Source of the DNA: an uncultured Oscillospiraceae bacterium
GTDB lineage: Bacteria; Bacillota; Clostridia; Oscillospirales; JAAYXM01
Assembly: GCA_934446465.1 (NCBI GenBank)
Contig: CAKSEF010000002.1
Span: forward strand, 2,083-66,082
Direction of reading: 5' to 3'
Length of the DNA stretch: 64,000 nucleotides
Part shown: positions 46,189 through 55,365 of the stretch, in pieces
How positions within the stretch are numbered: position 1 is the first letter of the stretch
How the letters are laid out: the number at the start of each line of letters is the position of its first letter
The notes under the pieces: generated by a model
Databases searched by the model: none
What the model was told of the DNA's origin: nothing
The model's input: only the letters and a program-made list of their open reading frames with translations
Position numbers and translations under genes: made by a program

Positions 46189-48840
46189 ATGAAAATGATG
46201 GTAATAGACGGCAACAGCCTGATAAACCGCGCGTTTTACGGCATACGTCCGCTGACAAACGGCGAGGGACTGCACACAAACGCAATATACGGATTTATTT
46301 CCATTTACCTGAAAATGCTCGAGGACGAAAAGCCTGACGGCGTCTGCGTTGCGTTTGATTTGCGCGCGCCGACATTCAGACACAAGAAATATGACGGATA
46401 TAAGGCAAACCGCAAGGGAATGCCGGATGAGCTTGCCGAGCAGATGGAACCGCTTAAAGAGGTTCTGGACGCGATGAATATAAAGCGCATAGAATGCGAG
46501 GGCTATGAGGCTGACGACATTATAGGCACAATAAGCCGAATATGCGCGGAGACGGGCAACGAATGCGATATAGTAACGGGAGACCGCGACAGCTTCCAGC
46601 TCATAGAAAACCGGGGAACAAATGTCCTACTCGTAACGACGAGAATGGGACGCACGGAAACCGTTCGCTACAATTCCGAAAAAATACTTGAAAAATACGG
46701 AATTGAGGCATCTCTTATGCGCGATTTGAAGGCACTCATGGGGGATTCATCGGATAATATACCGGGCGTTGCGGGTATAGGCGAAAAAACGGCACTTTCA
46801 CTCGTTTTAAGGTTCGGAGATATAGATAATCTGTACGAGAATCTCAACTCTCCCGATATAAAGGACAGTGTCCGCAAAAAGCTTACCGAAGGCCGTGAGA
46901 ACGCATATCTTTCCAAATGGCTCGGAACCATTTGCCTTGAAGCACCGATAAACTTCACGTGTGATGACGCGCGGCTGATTGAAGCGGACAGGGAAAAGCT
47001 TTACCGCCTGTTCCTAAGGCTTGAGTTTAAGAACTTCATCAACAAACTCGGACTGCGCGGGGAACAGAGCGAAGAGATTGCAACACACAGTAAAAAGAAT
47101 ATTGCGCAAACAGTGCTGAAAAGCTCAGACGATGTCAAAAATGTCTGCGGGAAACTATCGGGAAAAACCGTTTCTGTAGTTCTTGCCGAGGATTTTGCGG
47201 GAATAGGCGTCTGCGACGGGGAAAGTACGTACTGTATGTCGAGAAATGATGCGGACGAAAATGATTTTGACGCATTTTGCCGTTTTGTCCTGTCGGACAA
47301 GACCGCAAAGATTATGCACAATATAAAAAAAGAAAAATATTCGGCTCTCGCCGAGGGCATATGTCTTGAAAATGCCGTGTTTGACACAGCGCTCGGCGCG
47401 TATGTCGCCGACCCGTCAAAGAAGAATTACAGCCTTGATTCCGTGGCACATATGTTCGGCCTTGAAATATCGGAAAGCGCGGAAAAGCTAACCGACGCGT
47501 CAAGCTTCTCCCCGCTCACGGGGAGCGAGGACGGGCTCTGTGCTTTGAGTGCCGTTTCCGACGCAATTTTTGAGATGCGCGGCGCGATTGAGGACAAGCT
47601 CGAAAAGGACGGCGGAAAGAAGCTCTACGATGATATTGAAATGCCGCTTGTCGACACTCTGTATAATATGGAGCGCAGGGGTGTTGCGGTTGACGGAACA
47701 GAGCTCCGCAGGTTCGGGGAGAACCTGTCGTCAGAAATAGCAAGGATTGAAGACGATATATATAAAGAGGCGGGCGAAAAGTTTAATATCCTCTCTCCGA
47801 AACAGTTGGGGGAAGTGCTTTTTGAACATCTCGGAATCCCTCCCGTCAAGAAGACAAAACGGGGATATTCTACCGACGCGGACGTGCTTGAAAAGCTCTC
47901 CCGCAAATATAGTATAATTCGCCCGATACTCGAATACAGAAAGCTTACGAAGCTGAAATCGACGTACACAGACGGGCTTTTGCGCTTCATATCGGACACG
48001 GACGGACGAATACACACAACCTTTAATCAGATGGCAACCGCGACGGGGCGTATCAGCTCAACCGACCCTAACCTGCAAAATATACCCGTAAGGTCAGAGC
48101 TCGGCGGTGAGGTAAGAAAAATGTTCGGGCCTAAAGGAAAGGATTACTGCTTTGTTGATGCGGACTATTCACAGATAGAGCTGAGAGTTCTTGCACATAT
48201 AACAGGGGATAAGGAGATGTGCCGTGCTTTTTCGGAGGGTGCAGATATACATTCACGCACGGCGTCGCAGGTGTTCGGCGTTTCGCAAAACGATGTAACC
48301 CCGGAGATGAGACGTGTTTCAAAAGCTGTCAACTTCGGAATAGTTTACGGAATATCCGAGTTTTCACTCGCCGATGACATAGGGGTGAGCCGTTCCGAGG
48401 CAAAAGCGTATATGGAAGCATACCTGAAACACTATTCGGGTATAGCCGAATATATGAAAAGCATAGTTGAAAAAGCGCATAGGGATGGATATGTAACAAC
48501 AATGTTCGGCAGGAGAAGATATATTCCCGAGCTGTCTTCAAAAAACTATAATCTGAGGGCGTTCGGAGAACGCGTCGCACTGAATGCGCCGATACAGGGA
48601 ACGGCCGCGGACATAATAAAAATAGCAATGAACAGCGCAGAAAAAAGCCTTTCCGAGAGCGGGCTCGATGCAGAGCTGATACTTCAGGTACACGACGAAC
48701 TTATAGTGGAAGCCCGCAGAGAAGACGCGGAAAAGGCGGCAGAACTGCTCACCGCTGCAATGGAGAACGCGTGCAGGCTGTCAGTTCCTCTTGTTGCCGA
48801 GGCAGGTATAGGAGATACTTGGTATGACGCAAAGAAATAG
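46189..48840 (+). CDS. polA: DNA polymerase I
   Basis: 883 aa with an N-terminal 5'-3' exonuclease. The polymerase motifs are A (DYSQIELRVLAH), B (RRVSKAVNFGIVYG) and C (QVHDEL). Confidence 0.95.
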   Translation: MKMMVIDGNSLINRAFYGIRPLTNGEGLHTNAIYGFISIYLKMLEDEKPDGVCVAFDLRAPTFRHKKYDGYKANRKGMPDELAEQMEPLKEVLDAMNIKRIECEGYEADDIIGTISRICAETGNECDIVTGDRDSFQLIENRGTNVLLVTTRMGRTETVRYNSEKILEKYGIEASLMRDLKALMGDSSDNIPGVAGIGEKTALSLVLRFGDIDNLYENLNSPDIKDSVRKKLTEGRENAYLSKWLGTICLEAPINFTCDDARLIEADREKLYRLFLRLEFKNFINKLGLRGEQSEEIATHSKKNIAQTVLKSSDDVKNVCGKLSGKTVSVVLAEDFAGIGVCDGESTYCMSRNDADENDFDAFCRFVLSDKTAKIMHNIKKEKYSALAEGICLENAVFDTALGAYVADPSKKNYSLDSVAHMFGLEISESAEKLTDASSFSPLTGSEDGLCALSAVSDAIFEMRGAIEDKLEKDGGKKLYDDIEMPLVDTLYNMERRGVAVDGTELRRFGENLSSEIARIEDDIYKEAGEKFNILSPKQLGEVLFEHLGIPPVKKTKRGYSTDADVLEKLSRKYSIIRPILEYRKLTKLKSTYTDGLLRFISDTDGRIHTTFNQMATATGRISSTDPNLQNIPVRSELGGEVRKMFGPKGKDYCFVDADYSQIELRVLAHITGDKEMCRAFSEGADIHSRTASQVFGVSQNDVTPEMRRVSKAVNFGIVYGISEFSLADDIGVSRSEAKAYMEAYLKHYSGIAEYMKSIVEKAHRDGYVTTMFGRRRYIPELSSKNYNLRAFGERVALNAPIQGTAADIIKIAMNSAEKSLSESGLDAELILQVHDELIVEARREDAEKAAELLTAAMENACRLSVPLVAEAGIGDTWYDAKK

Positions 48841-49291
48841 AATTATCCGTTTGGCTGTTCCGGCGGATGCGGAAGCTGTCGCCGAGCTTGAACGCGAATG
48901 CTTCTCATCGCCGTGGAGCGAGCGGGAGATACTCTCCACTATGTCGCAGGATAATGCTGTGTTCATTGTCTGCACGGATAGAAACTCCGTGTGCGGATAT
49001 TTGGGGGCATATTTCGCCGCAGACGAGGGCTATATAACAAACATTGCGGTAACCGAGGATTTCCGCAGGTGCGGCATTGCTTCGGCGCTCATAGAACGGC
49101 TGAAGGATGAGGGCAAAAAGCTCGGACTTGATTTTTGGACTCTTGAGGTGAGAAAATCAAATCTCGGTGCACGGGCGCTCTATGAAAATGTCGGATTTGA
49201 AACTGTCGGTATTCGTCCGAGGTTTTATTCAAAACCGACTGAGGACGCAGTGCTGATGACATATTCATATAGAAAGGAACGGAAAAATTGA
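48824..49291 (+). CDS. rimI: Ribosomal-protein-alanine N-acetyltransferase (GNAT)
   Basis: 155 aa with a GNAT core (ITNIAVTEDFRRCGIASALI) and the conserved position directly upstream of tsaD. Confidence 0.8.
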   Translation: MTQRNRIIRLAVPADAEAVAELERECFSSPWSEREILSTMSQDNAVFIVCTDRNSVCGYLGAYFAADEGYITNIAVTEDFRRCGIASALIERLKDEGKKLGLDFWTLEVRKSNLGARALYENVGFETVGIRPRFYSKPTEDAVLMTYSYRKERKN

Positions 49292-50295
49292 AAATTCTTG
49301 CAATAGAAAGCTCATGCGATGAAACCGCAATAGCCGTAATCGAGGACGGGAGACATATTCTGTCAAACGAGGTGGCGTCTCAGGCGTCGCTCCACGCCCT
49401 TTACGGCGGCGTAGTTCCCGAAATCGCTTCGAGAAAGCATATAGAATGTATATCGGCGCTTTGCTCGCGCGCAGTCGAAAATGCGGGCATAACATCAGAA
49501 GAGATAGATGCAGTTGCGGTTACATATGCTCCCGGACTCATAGGGGCGCTGCTTGTCGGAGTCGGGTTCGCAAAATCTTTGGCGTATTCGCTCGGAGTTC
49601 CGCTCATTCCCGTTCACCACATACGCGGGCATATCGCGGCGAATTATCTGGCATTTCCCGAGCTTGAACCGCCGTTTTTGTGCCTTGTGGCATCGGGCGG
49701 GCATACGCTGTTTGTCGATGTGCAGACATACACAAAATTTAAAATTCTCGGCTCCACGCGCGACGACGCCGCAGGGGAAGCTTTTGACAAATGCGCAAGG
49801 GTACTCGGAATCGGATATCCGGGCGGCTCCGAGATGGACAGACTCGCCTGCGTAGGGGATAAAACAAAATATAAGCTTCCTCGCGCTCATGTGGGAGAAA
49901 ATGAGCTTGATATGTCATTTTCGGGTCTGAAAACAGCGGTGATAAATCTCGTGCATACATCCGAAATGCGCGGAGAAGAAATAGAACGTGCGTCCGTTGC
50001 CGCGTGTTTCACCGATGCCGTGTGCGACGCGATAGTCCCGCGCGCATTTCAGGCACTCCGCATTTCCGGCAGAAAAAAACTTGCCGTCGCAGGTGGGGTA
50101 GCGGCTAATTCACATTTGAGGAAACGTCTCGAAAATGAGGCGAAAAGTGAAAAAATCGAGCTGTTCTTTCCGCCCGTTTCCCTGTGCGGAGACAACGGAG
50201 CAATGATAGGGGCGCAGGGTTATTACGAATTTATAGCGGGAAACACCGCAAAAAGCGATTTGAATGCAAAGGCGACTCTTTCCGTTGAATTATGA
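49288..50295 (+). CDS. tsaD: tRNA N6-adenosine threonylcarbamoyltransferase TsaD
   Basis: 335 aa with a TTG start, MKILAIESSCDETA, the metal site VHHIRGH and SGGHT. Confidence 0.95.
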   Translation: MKILAIESSCDETAIAVIEDGRHILSNEVASQASLHALYGGVVPEIASRKHIECISALCSRAVENAGITSEEIDAVAVTYAPGLIGALLVGVGFAKSLAYSLGVPLIPVHHIRGHIAANYLAFPELEPPFLCLVASGGHTLFVDVQTYTKFKILGSTRDDAAGEAFDKCARVLGIGYPGGSEMDRLACVGDKTKYKLPRAHVGENELDMSFSGLKTAVINLVHTSEMRGEEIERASVAACFTDAVCDAIVPRAFQALRISGRKKLAVAGGVAANSHLRKRLENEAKSEKIELFFPPVSLCGDNGAMIGAQGYYEFIAGNTAKSDLNAKATLSVEL

Positions 50296-50420
50296 CAAGA
50301 AAAGATACGGTGTTATGTAAACTAAGTTACCGACTCACAAAAGTACACAAGATAAGTTTGCGGACTTGCAAAAAAATTCCAAAAATGATTGAAACCGTTG
50401 GAAATAAAGGGATTAAGGCT

Positions 50421-50451
50421 TGTGGATAAAGTTGTGGAAATTGTGGATAAC
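50421..50451 (+). promoter_or_regulatory. Cluster of three co-oriented DnaA boxes
   Basis: TGTGGATAA at 50421-50429 and 50443-50451 are perfect complements of TTATCCACA. TGTGGAAAT at 50433-50441 has 2 mismatches. The boxes sit in a 515-bp AT-rich intergenic region downstream of tsaD. Confidence 0.55.
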
Positions 50452-50748
50452 TATTTGTAAAAAAATTATTTGCGGATTTTACGTAAACCAAATCGAGCTT
50501 TTTTTATGGAATGCGACGATGTTTTACGTGTTTCGGAAAACTGCCGAAATACAGCGATTTAAGCAGTACAGGCAGAAAAAAACTTTAAAAATTAAAATGG
50601 ACCTTTCGGGTTTAAAACTTGCGCGAAGCAGGTAAAAAATTGTCGTAAGAGGGCAGAGATAATTCATTGAATACTAACTGTAATATTTGTAACAAAAGAA
50701 GGAAAATAAAGAAAATGCAAAACTGTGTGTTACGGCGGGAGTAATGAG

Positions 50749-50777
50749 TTGACAAAAAGCCGTAAAAATATTAAAAT
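50749..50777 (+). promoter_or_regulatory. Putative sigma-A promoter of the icd-like/rex operon
   Basis: TTGACA, a 17-nt spacer and TAAAAT, lying 34 nt upstream of the ATG at 50811. Confidence 0.45.
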
Positions 50778-50810
50778 TATAGTATTACGAGAAAGGCAGA
50801 GTATTTACAT

Positions 50811-51956
50811 ATGGAACAGACAATGAAGCAGTTTAAAAAGATTATTGAGCTTCAGCTTAAGAGAGTTGAAGCGATGAAGAAAGATAATGAGTTTATTGAC
50901 TATTCAAAACTTCCAAAGATAGTAATAGGCGTCTGCGGCGGAGACGGAATCGGCCCCGCTATCACAGAGCAGGCACGACGTGTTCTCGAATTTCTCTTAA
51001 AAGAAAAGGTGGACGCGGGAAAAATAGAATTCAGAAATATTGACGGACTTACGATAGAAAACCGTGTGAAGGCAAATAAGGCTATCCCCGACGATGTGCT
51101 TGCCGAGCTTAAAGCGTGCCACATAATATTAAAGGGCCCGACAACTACACCGCGTGCGGGAGACCCGTGGCCGAATATCGAAAGCGCGAATGTTGCAATG
51201 AGAAAGGAACTTGACCTCTTTGCAAATATGAGGCCGGTAAAGGTTCCGAGCGAGGGCATCGATTGGATGTTCTTCCGTGAGAATACGGAGGGCGGTTATG
51301 CTGTCGGAAGCATGGGTGTGAATGTTACAGACGACCTCGCAATCGACTTTACGGTTGCGACAAGTCAGGGCTGCGACAGAATCGCAGAGCTTGCATTTTC
51401 ATACGCAGACCGCATGAAGAAAACTCGCGTTACGGCGGTAACAAAGGCAAATGTCATTAAAACAACGGACGGAAAGTTCCTTGACGCGTGCAAGAAGGTT
51501 GCGGCAAAATATCCGCACATCTCTTTTGATGATTGGTACATTGACATAATGACGGCAAAGCTCGTTGATACAAAGCGCCGCCGCGATTTCCAAGTAATGG
51601 TTCTGCCGAACCTCTACGGCGATATTCTTACCGATGAGGCGGCAGAGTTCCAAGGCGGAGTAGGAACGGCGGGAAGTGCAAACGTCGGCAAGAAGTATGC
51701 GATGTTTGAAGCCATCCACGGCTCTGCTCCGAGAATGGTAGAAGAGGGAAGAGCTAAGTATGCCGACCCGTGCAGTATGCTCAGAGCGTCTGTTATGCTC
51801 CTTGAGCACATAGGCGAGGTTGAGCTTTCAAAGAAGCTTGCACACGCACTCGATGTATGTATGTATGATGAAAAGAAGCTTGTCGTTACGGGCAGAAACA
51901 CAGGTGCAACATGCGCCGAGTTTGCCGACTATGTAATGTCAAAGCTTGAAAGATAG
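50811..51956 (+). CDS. Isocitrate/isopropylmalate dehydrogenase family protein (likely NAD-dependent isocitrate dehydrogenase)
   Basis: 381 aa with GDGIGPAIT and the family signature NLYGDILTDEAA. Confidence 0.8.
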   Translation: MEQTMKQFKKIIELQLKRVEAMKKDNEFIDYSKLPKIVIGVCGGDGIGPAITEQARRVLEFLLKEKVDAGKIEFRNIDGLTIENRVKANKAIPDDVLAELKACHIILKGPTTTPRAGDPWPNIESANVAMRKELDLFANMRPVKVPSEGIDWMFFRENTEGGYAVGSMGVNVTDDLAIDFTVATSQGCDRIAELAFSYADRMKKTRVTAVTKANVIKTTDGKFLDACKKVAAKYPHISFDDWYIDIMTAKLVDTKRRRDFQVMVLPNLYGDILTDEAAEFQGGVGTAGSANVGKKYAMFEAIHGSAPRMVEEGRAKYADPCSMLRASVMLLEHIGEVELSKKLAHALDVCMYDEKKLVVTGRNTGATCAEFADYVMSKLER

Positions 51957-51971
51957 GAGTGTTATAAGGCA

Positions 51972-52601
51972 ATGGGCGCGAGGTATATTTCTCCGTCAGT
52001 AATACGCAGACTTCCGAAATACCACAGACGCTTGCGCGAGCTTTTGAGCAACGGCGTGGTCAGAGTCTCGTCAAGCGTACTCGCGAATGACCTCGGATTG
52101 ACGGCATCTCAGGTTCGCCAAGACCTGAATTGCTTCGGCGGTTTCGGGCAGCAGGGCTATGGCTACAATGTGGAAAGCCTGCTGTCTGAAATAGCGTCAA
52201 TAATCGGAGTAGACCGGCATCATACGGCAGCGATTATCGGCGTGGGAAATCTCGGGCACGCTCTTATAAACAACTTCAATTTCAAAAACTGCGGTTTTAA
52301 CATAACCGCCGCATTTGATACAAACCCCGAACTCATCGGAACAGAAATCGGCGGTATTACGGTATCAGACGCCGGGAGGATTGCGGAAGCTTATGCGGAA
52401 AAACCGTTCGAGGTGGCCGTAATAGCAGTTCCGAAGGCATTTGCACGAGAGACGGCGGAACTCGCGGTAAAACTCGGAGTTCACGGCATTTGGAACTTTG
52501 CAAATGTCGATTTGAACGAATTTGAACTCGGCGTGAAAATAGAAAATGTACATTTTGCGGACAGTCTCATGACCCTGTGTTATAAGATTACCGAAGAATG
52601 A
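51972..52601 (+). CDS. rex: Redox-sensing transcriptional repressor Rex
   Basis: 209 aa with RRLPKYHRRL...VSS..LA..LG.TASQVRQDL..FG.FGQQGYGYNV and the Rossmann motif IIGVGNLG. Confidence 0.9.
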   Translation: MGARYISPSVIRRLPKYHRRLRELLSNGVVRVSSSVLANDLGLTASQVRQDLNCFGGFGQQGYGYNVESLLSEIASIIGVDRHHTAAIIGVGNLGHALINNFNFKNCGFNITAAFDTNPELIGTEIGGITVSDAGRIAEAYAEKPFEVAVIAVPKAFARETAELAVKLGVHGIWNFANVDLNEFELGVKIENVHFADSLMTLCYKITEE

Positions 52602-52612
52602 GAGGAAAAATT

Positions 52613-53755
52613 ATGCTGCGTAGAATTTCGGCATGCGCACTCGCGGTGATGATTGCATTATCGCTCATTATCGCAGTTTGCGCTTCGGGAGGAACAGCCG
52701 CAGACCCGGTCGTCTCCAAAAGCTATGTTGACGGCAGTTTCTTCGATAACGCGGTTGCAAACGCCGCGGCGAAGATAGATTCGGCAGCGGCAGCTCTTAG
52801 AACCAAATGTGAAAAAATAATAGAATCTCTGACTTTTGTTTCGCTGTCCGATGATGACATTGCCGACAAAACTTCGGAAAAAGTGCTGGCAGAGCTTCAA
52901 AAGAGCGGGAAGTATCTGTATTCGACGAGAACAATGACTCCGATTTCCCTGAAATCGGGTGATGTCATATGCGGAACGGCGGGTACGGAATTAATCGTTT
53001 TGGACGGCAGTTCATCGTGTTTTCTCGGAAGTGTTATAAATATTACAAAGGGAATCGAAGTCTCGCAGGGCACTGCGCTCGGAAGAAACACAACGTTTAT
53101 GTTTTCCGAGAAGACGGGGAAAATCAAAATTACATCCGATTCGGCGCGCGTCATGATAGACGGGAAATATTCGCTTGAAAGCTCCGTTTATTCTCCGAAA
53201 TACACTTCTGAGGCTTATGCCCTTAAAAACCTCGGGCTTGTAAAAGGTGCGGCAAACGGCTTGGAGCTCTCCCGCGGAAACACAAGAGCAGAAAGCATAA
53301 CAATGCTTATCAGGCTGCTCGGTGAGGAGGAATCCGCGCTTGCCTCTCTGCGCGCGCACCCGTTTACGGATGTTGACGCATGGGCGCAGAAGTATGTCGG
53401 GTATGCGTACTCAATGGGATATACAAACGGCGTTTCGCCCACACGCTATGACGGCAGCTCGTACACTACTGCAAATCAGTATGTAACATTTGTGCTCCGC
53501 GCGCTGGGCTATAACGACAGTATCGGAGATTTTAATTACAATACGGCCGTCAAGGATGCCGTAAGACTCGGCGTACTTACTTCATCCGATATGGCGGAAA
53601 TGGAGAAAACTCCGTTCTACCGCGATATGGTTATGCACATATCGTACCGCGCGATGTCGGCAAAGGTCAAGGGGAGCGATAAAACGCTCCTCGCACAGCT
53701 TGTGCTGAACGGTGCGGTGTCGGGAGATAAAGCGAACGAATTTTTGCAGAAATAA
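52613..53755 (+). CDS. Secreted protein with C-terminal SLH-like domains
   Basis: The ATG at 52613 follows GAGAGGAAA; the ATG at 52598, which overlaps the rex stop, is also possible. The signal/anchor is MLRRISACALAVMIALSLIIAVCASG. The C-terminal SLH-like repeats include HPFTDVDAWAQKYVGYAYSMGYTNG. Confidence 0.7.
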   Translation: MLRRISACALAVMIALSLIIAVCASGGTAADPVVSKSYVDGSFFDNAVANAAAKIDSAAAALRTKCEKIIESLTFVSLSDDDIADKTSEKVLAELQKSGKYLYSTRTMTPISLKSGDVICGTAGTELIVLDGSSSCFLGSVINITKGIEVSQGTALGRNTTFMFSEKTGKIKITSDSARVMIDGKYSLESSVYSPKYTSEAYALKNLGLVKGAANGLELSRGNTRAESITMLIRLLGEEESALASLRAHPFTDVDAWAQKYVGYAYSMGYTNGVSPTRYDGSSYTTANQYVTFVLRALGYNDSIGDFNYNTAVKDAVRLGVLTSSDMAEMEKTPFYRDMVMHISYRAMSAKVKGSDKTLLAQLVLNGAVSGDKANEFLQK

Positions 53756-53756
53756 G

Positions 53757-53798
53757 AAAATACCAAGGTTAGCTGCTAACCTTGGTATTTTTTTTACT
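53757..53798. terminator. Bidirectional terminator between convergent genes
   Basis: The 12-13 bp stem TACCAAGGTTAG(C) / (G)CTAACCTTGGTA is followed by TTTTTTTT and preceded by AAAA. Confidence 0.75.
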
Positions 53799-53812
53799 GA
53801 ATGCAGTGCCGG

Positions 53813-54448
53813 CTATTCCCTGCACAGCGCGGAAATATCACCGCGCTGAATTGCCGGTATATTTTTCTGTATTTTTTCCTTTTCCCAATCCCACCAACGC
53901 AGGTTCAAAAGCTTTTTCACAGTCTCGTCGTCAAAGCGCCGGCGAATCGGTTTTGCGGGAACCCCGCCGACAATGGTATAAGGCGGCACGTCTTTTGTTA
54001 CCACGGCGCGTGTTCCGATAATTGCGCCGTCTCCGATTTTTACGCCCGACATAATCACGGCTTCATACCCAATCCAAACATCATTTCCTATAATGATATC
54101 GCCTTTGTTGTCCCATGCTTCCGTGATGTTCTTCGGGTCAAGTCCCCATTCGTCGAAGAATATCGGGAACGTGTAGGAAGCGAGCGAACGCATTGTGTGA
54201 TTTCCGCTTGTAAAAAGAAATTTTGCACCGCATGCAACCGAACAGAATTTTCCTATTATCAGCTTATCTCCGTTTATGGGATAGTGATAAAGAACATTGT
54301 TCTTTTCAAATTTGCGCGGGTCGTGTACATAATCGTTGTATATCGTGTAATCGCCCGCTTCAATATTGGGTTTTGTTATGACGGATTTGAGATACACCGT
54401 CTCCCTGTCATTTTTTCTCGGATAAATGTTGCTTTCCGGAACCGTCAT
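53813..54448 (-). CDS. vat: Vat-family streptogramin A O-acetyltransferase (xenobiotic hexapeptide acyltransferase)
   Basis: 211 aa. NVLYHYPINGDKLIIGKFCS, GNDVWIGYEAVIMSGVKIGDGAIIG, VVTKDVPPYTIVGGVPAKPIRRRF and LLNLRWWDW closely parallel Vat/SatA-type sequences as I recall them. Confidence 0.8.
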   Translation of the reverse strand: MTVPESNIYPRKNDRETVYLKSVITKPNIEAGDYTIYNDYVHDPRKFEKNNVLYHYPINGDKLIIGKFCSVACGAKFLFTSGNHTMRSLASYTFPIFFDEWGLDPKNITEAWDNKGDIIIGNDVWIGYEAVIMSGVKIGDGAIIGTRAVVTKDVPPYTIVGGVPAKPIRRRFDDETVKKLLNLRWWDWEKEKIQKNIPAIQRGDISALCRE

Positions 54449-54530
54449 TGTTTTTCACTCCTGTAATTTATTTTTATAAGCGATTCCGGATAATACAATG
54501 CAGCGCTTCATCGCTCTCACCTCACTGGAT

Positions 54531-55262
54531 TTATCTCGCGCAGGAAGTCGTTTCTTTGTCGGACGTGAGGGAAGTCCATGGCCTGAGACTTCCGTGCCAG
54601 CCCATTTTCTCCCAGTATCCGTAGTCGGGCTCCGAGCGCGTTGAGTGCTTGTGGACAAAACGAATCAGTGAAAACCAGCGTTTTGCGCGGGCGTTGTATC
54701 CGATTTTTCCTATATTGCGCTTGATTTTTTCGGCGGTGCATGAAACTCGCTTCCCGATTTTACCTTTTATTCTTTCGGGAATTTCGCCGTGATTCGTTGC
54801 CTGAATACCCAGCCCTAATCGGTATACCTTATGTATACCCCACATTTCAAGGCTGTCCGCCATGTCCTTTATGGTTTCTTTCATTCCGCCTCCCGCTGCC
54901 GTGCAGACGGCAACCGCCTGCTTCCTGCTCATTTCGGGGCGCGGACGGTGTACAACCCACCACGTTCCGAGATGGTCAAGGAAACTCATCATCTGCCCCG
55001 TCGCATGGTATACGTATACGGGGCTGTCGAGTATGACAAGGTCGGATTCGAGAATTGCGTCCGTCAAACCTTTTATTTTTTCAAAATGCGGGCACTTTTT
55101 AAGGTCGTTCTTAAAGTATGAGTAACACCCGAGGCACGGCTCGTTAAAATCCCTCGGCAGAAAAAACTCGGACGTTTCGCCTCCGACCTCCTTTGCCAGC
55201 TCACGCGATATCATGCACGTGCTTCCGACGTGATTCTGACCGTGAATAATCACAGTTTTCAT
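54531..55262 (-). CDS. Flavodoxin-like fold NAD(P)H-dependent oxidoreductase family protein
   Basis: 243 aa with RBS GAGGTG. MKTVIIHGQNHVGSTC...DLVILDSPVYVYHATGQM fits FMN-reductase/flavodoxin-like proteins. It is co-oriented with and upstream of vat. Confidence 0.65.
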   Translation of the reverse strand: MKTVIIHGQNHVGSTCMISRELAKEVGGETSEFFLPRDFNEPCLGCYSYFKNDLKKCPHFEKIKGLTDAILESDLVILDSPVYVYHATGQMMSFLDHLGTWWVVHRPRPEMSRKQAVAVCTAAGGGMKETIKDMADSLEMWGIHKVYRLGLGIQATNHGEIPERIKGKIGKRVSCTAEKIKRNIGKIGYNARAKRWFSLIRFVHKHSTRSEPDYGYWEKMGWHGSLRPWTSLTSDKETTSCAR

Positions 55263-55320
55263 GACTTTTACACCTCAATCCAAAAGGTTTTCACCAATTG
55301 CTTTTAATTATATTCCCGGC

Positions 55321-55350
55321 AACTCCGCCTGTCAATAGACAGGCGGAGTT
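55321..55350 (-). terminator. Hairpin downstream of the AraC gene
   Basis: The 12-bp perfect stem AACTCCGCCTGT / ACAGGCGGAGTT is clear, but the T-tract on the minus strand is poor. Confidence 0.4.
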
Positions 55351-55365
55351 TAATGTTTTCTTTAA

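Noticed and set aside
39781-46383. Minus-strand ORFs of 286-290 aa (39781-40653, 43291-44157, 45523-46383)
   Set aside because: They are antisense to the DUF1385/prmC, rimO and cysS genes, all of which carry diagnostic motifs.
50421-50451. The DnaA-box cluster as the chromosomal origin (oriC)
   Set aside because: There is no dnaA, dnaN or rpmH nearby. There are only three boxes. Genes on both sides are on the same (plus) strand, so there is no leading-strand switch. It is kept as a non-origin DnaA-box cluster finding instead.
53801-54466. 221-aa plus-strand ORF
   Set aside because: It is antisense to the Vat-like acetyltransferase, which matches its family over its full length.
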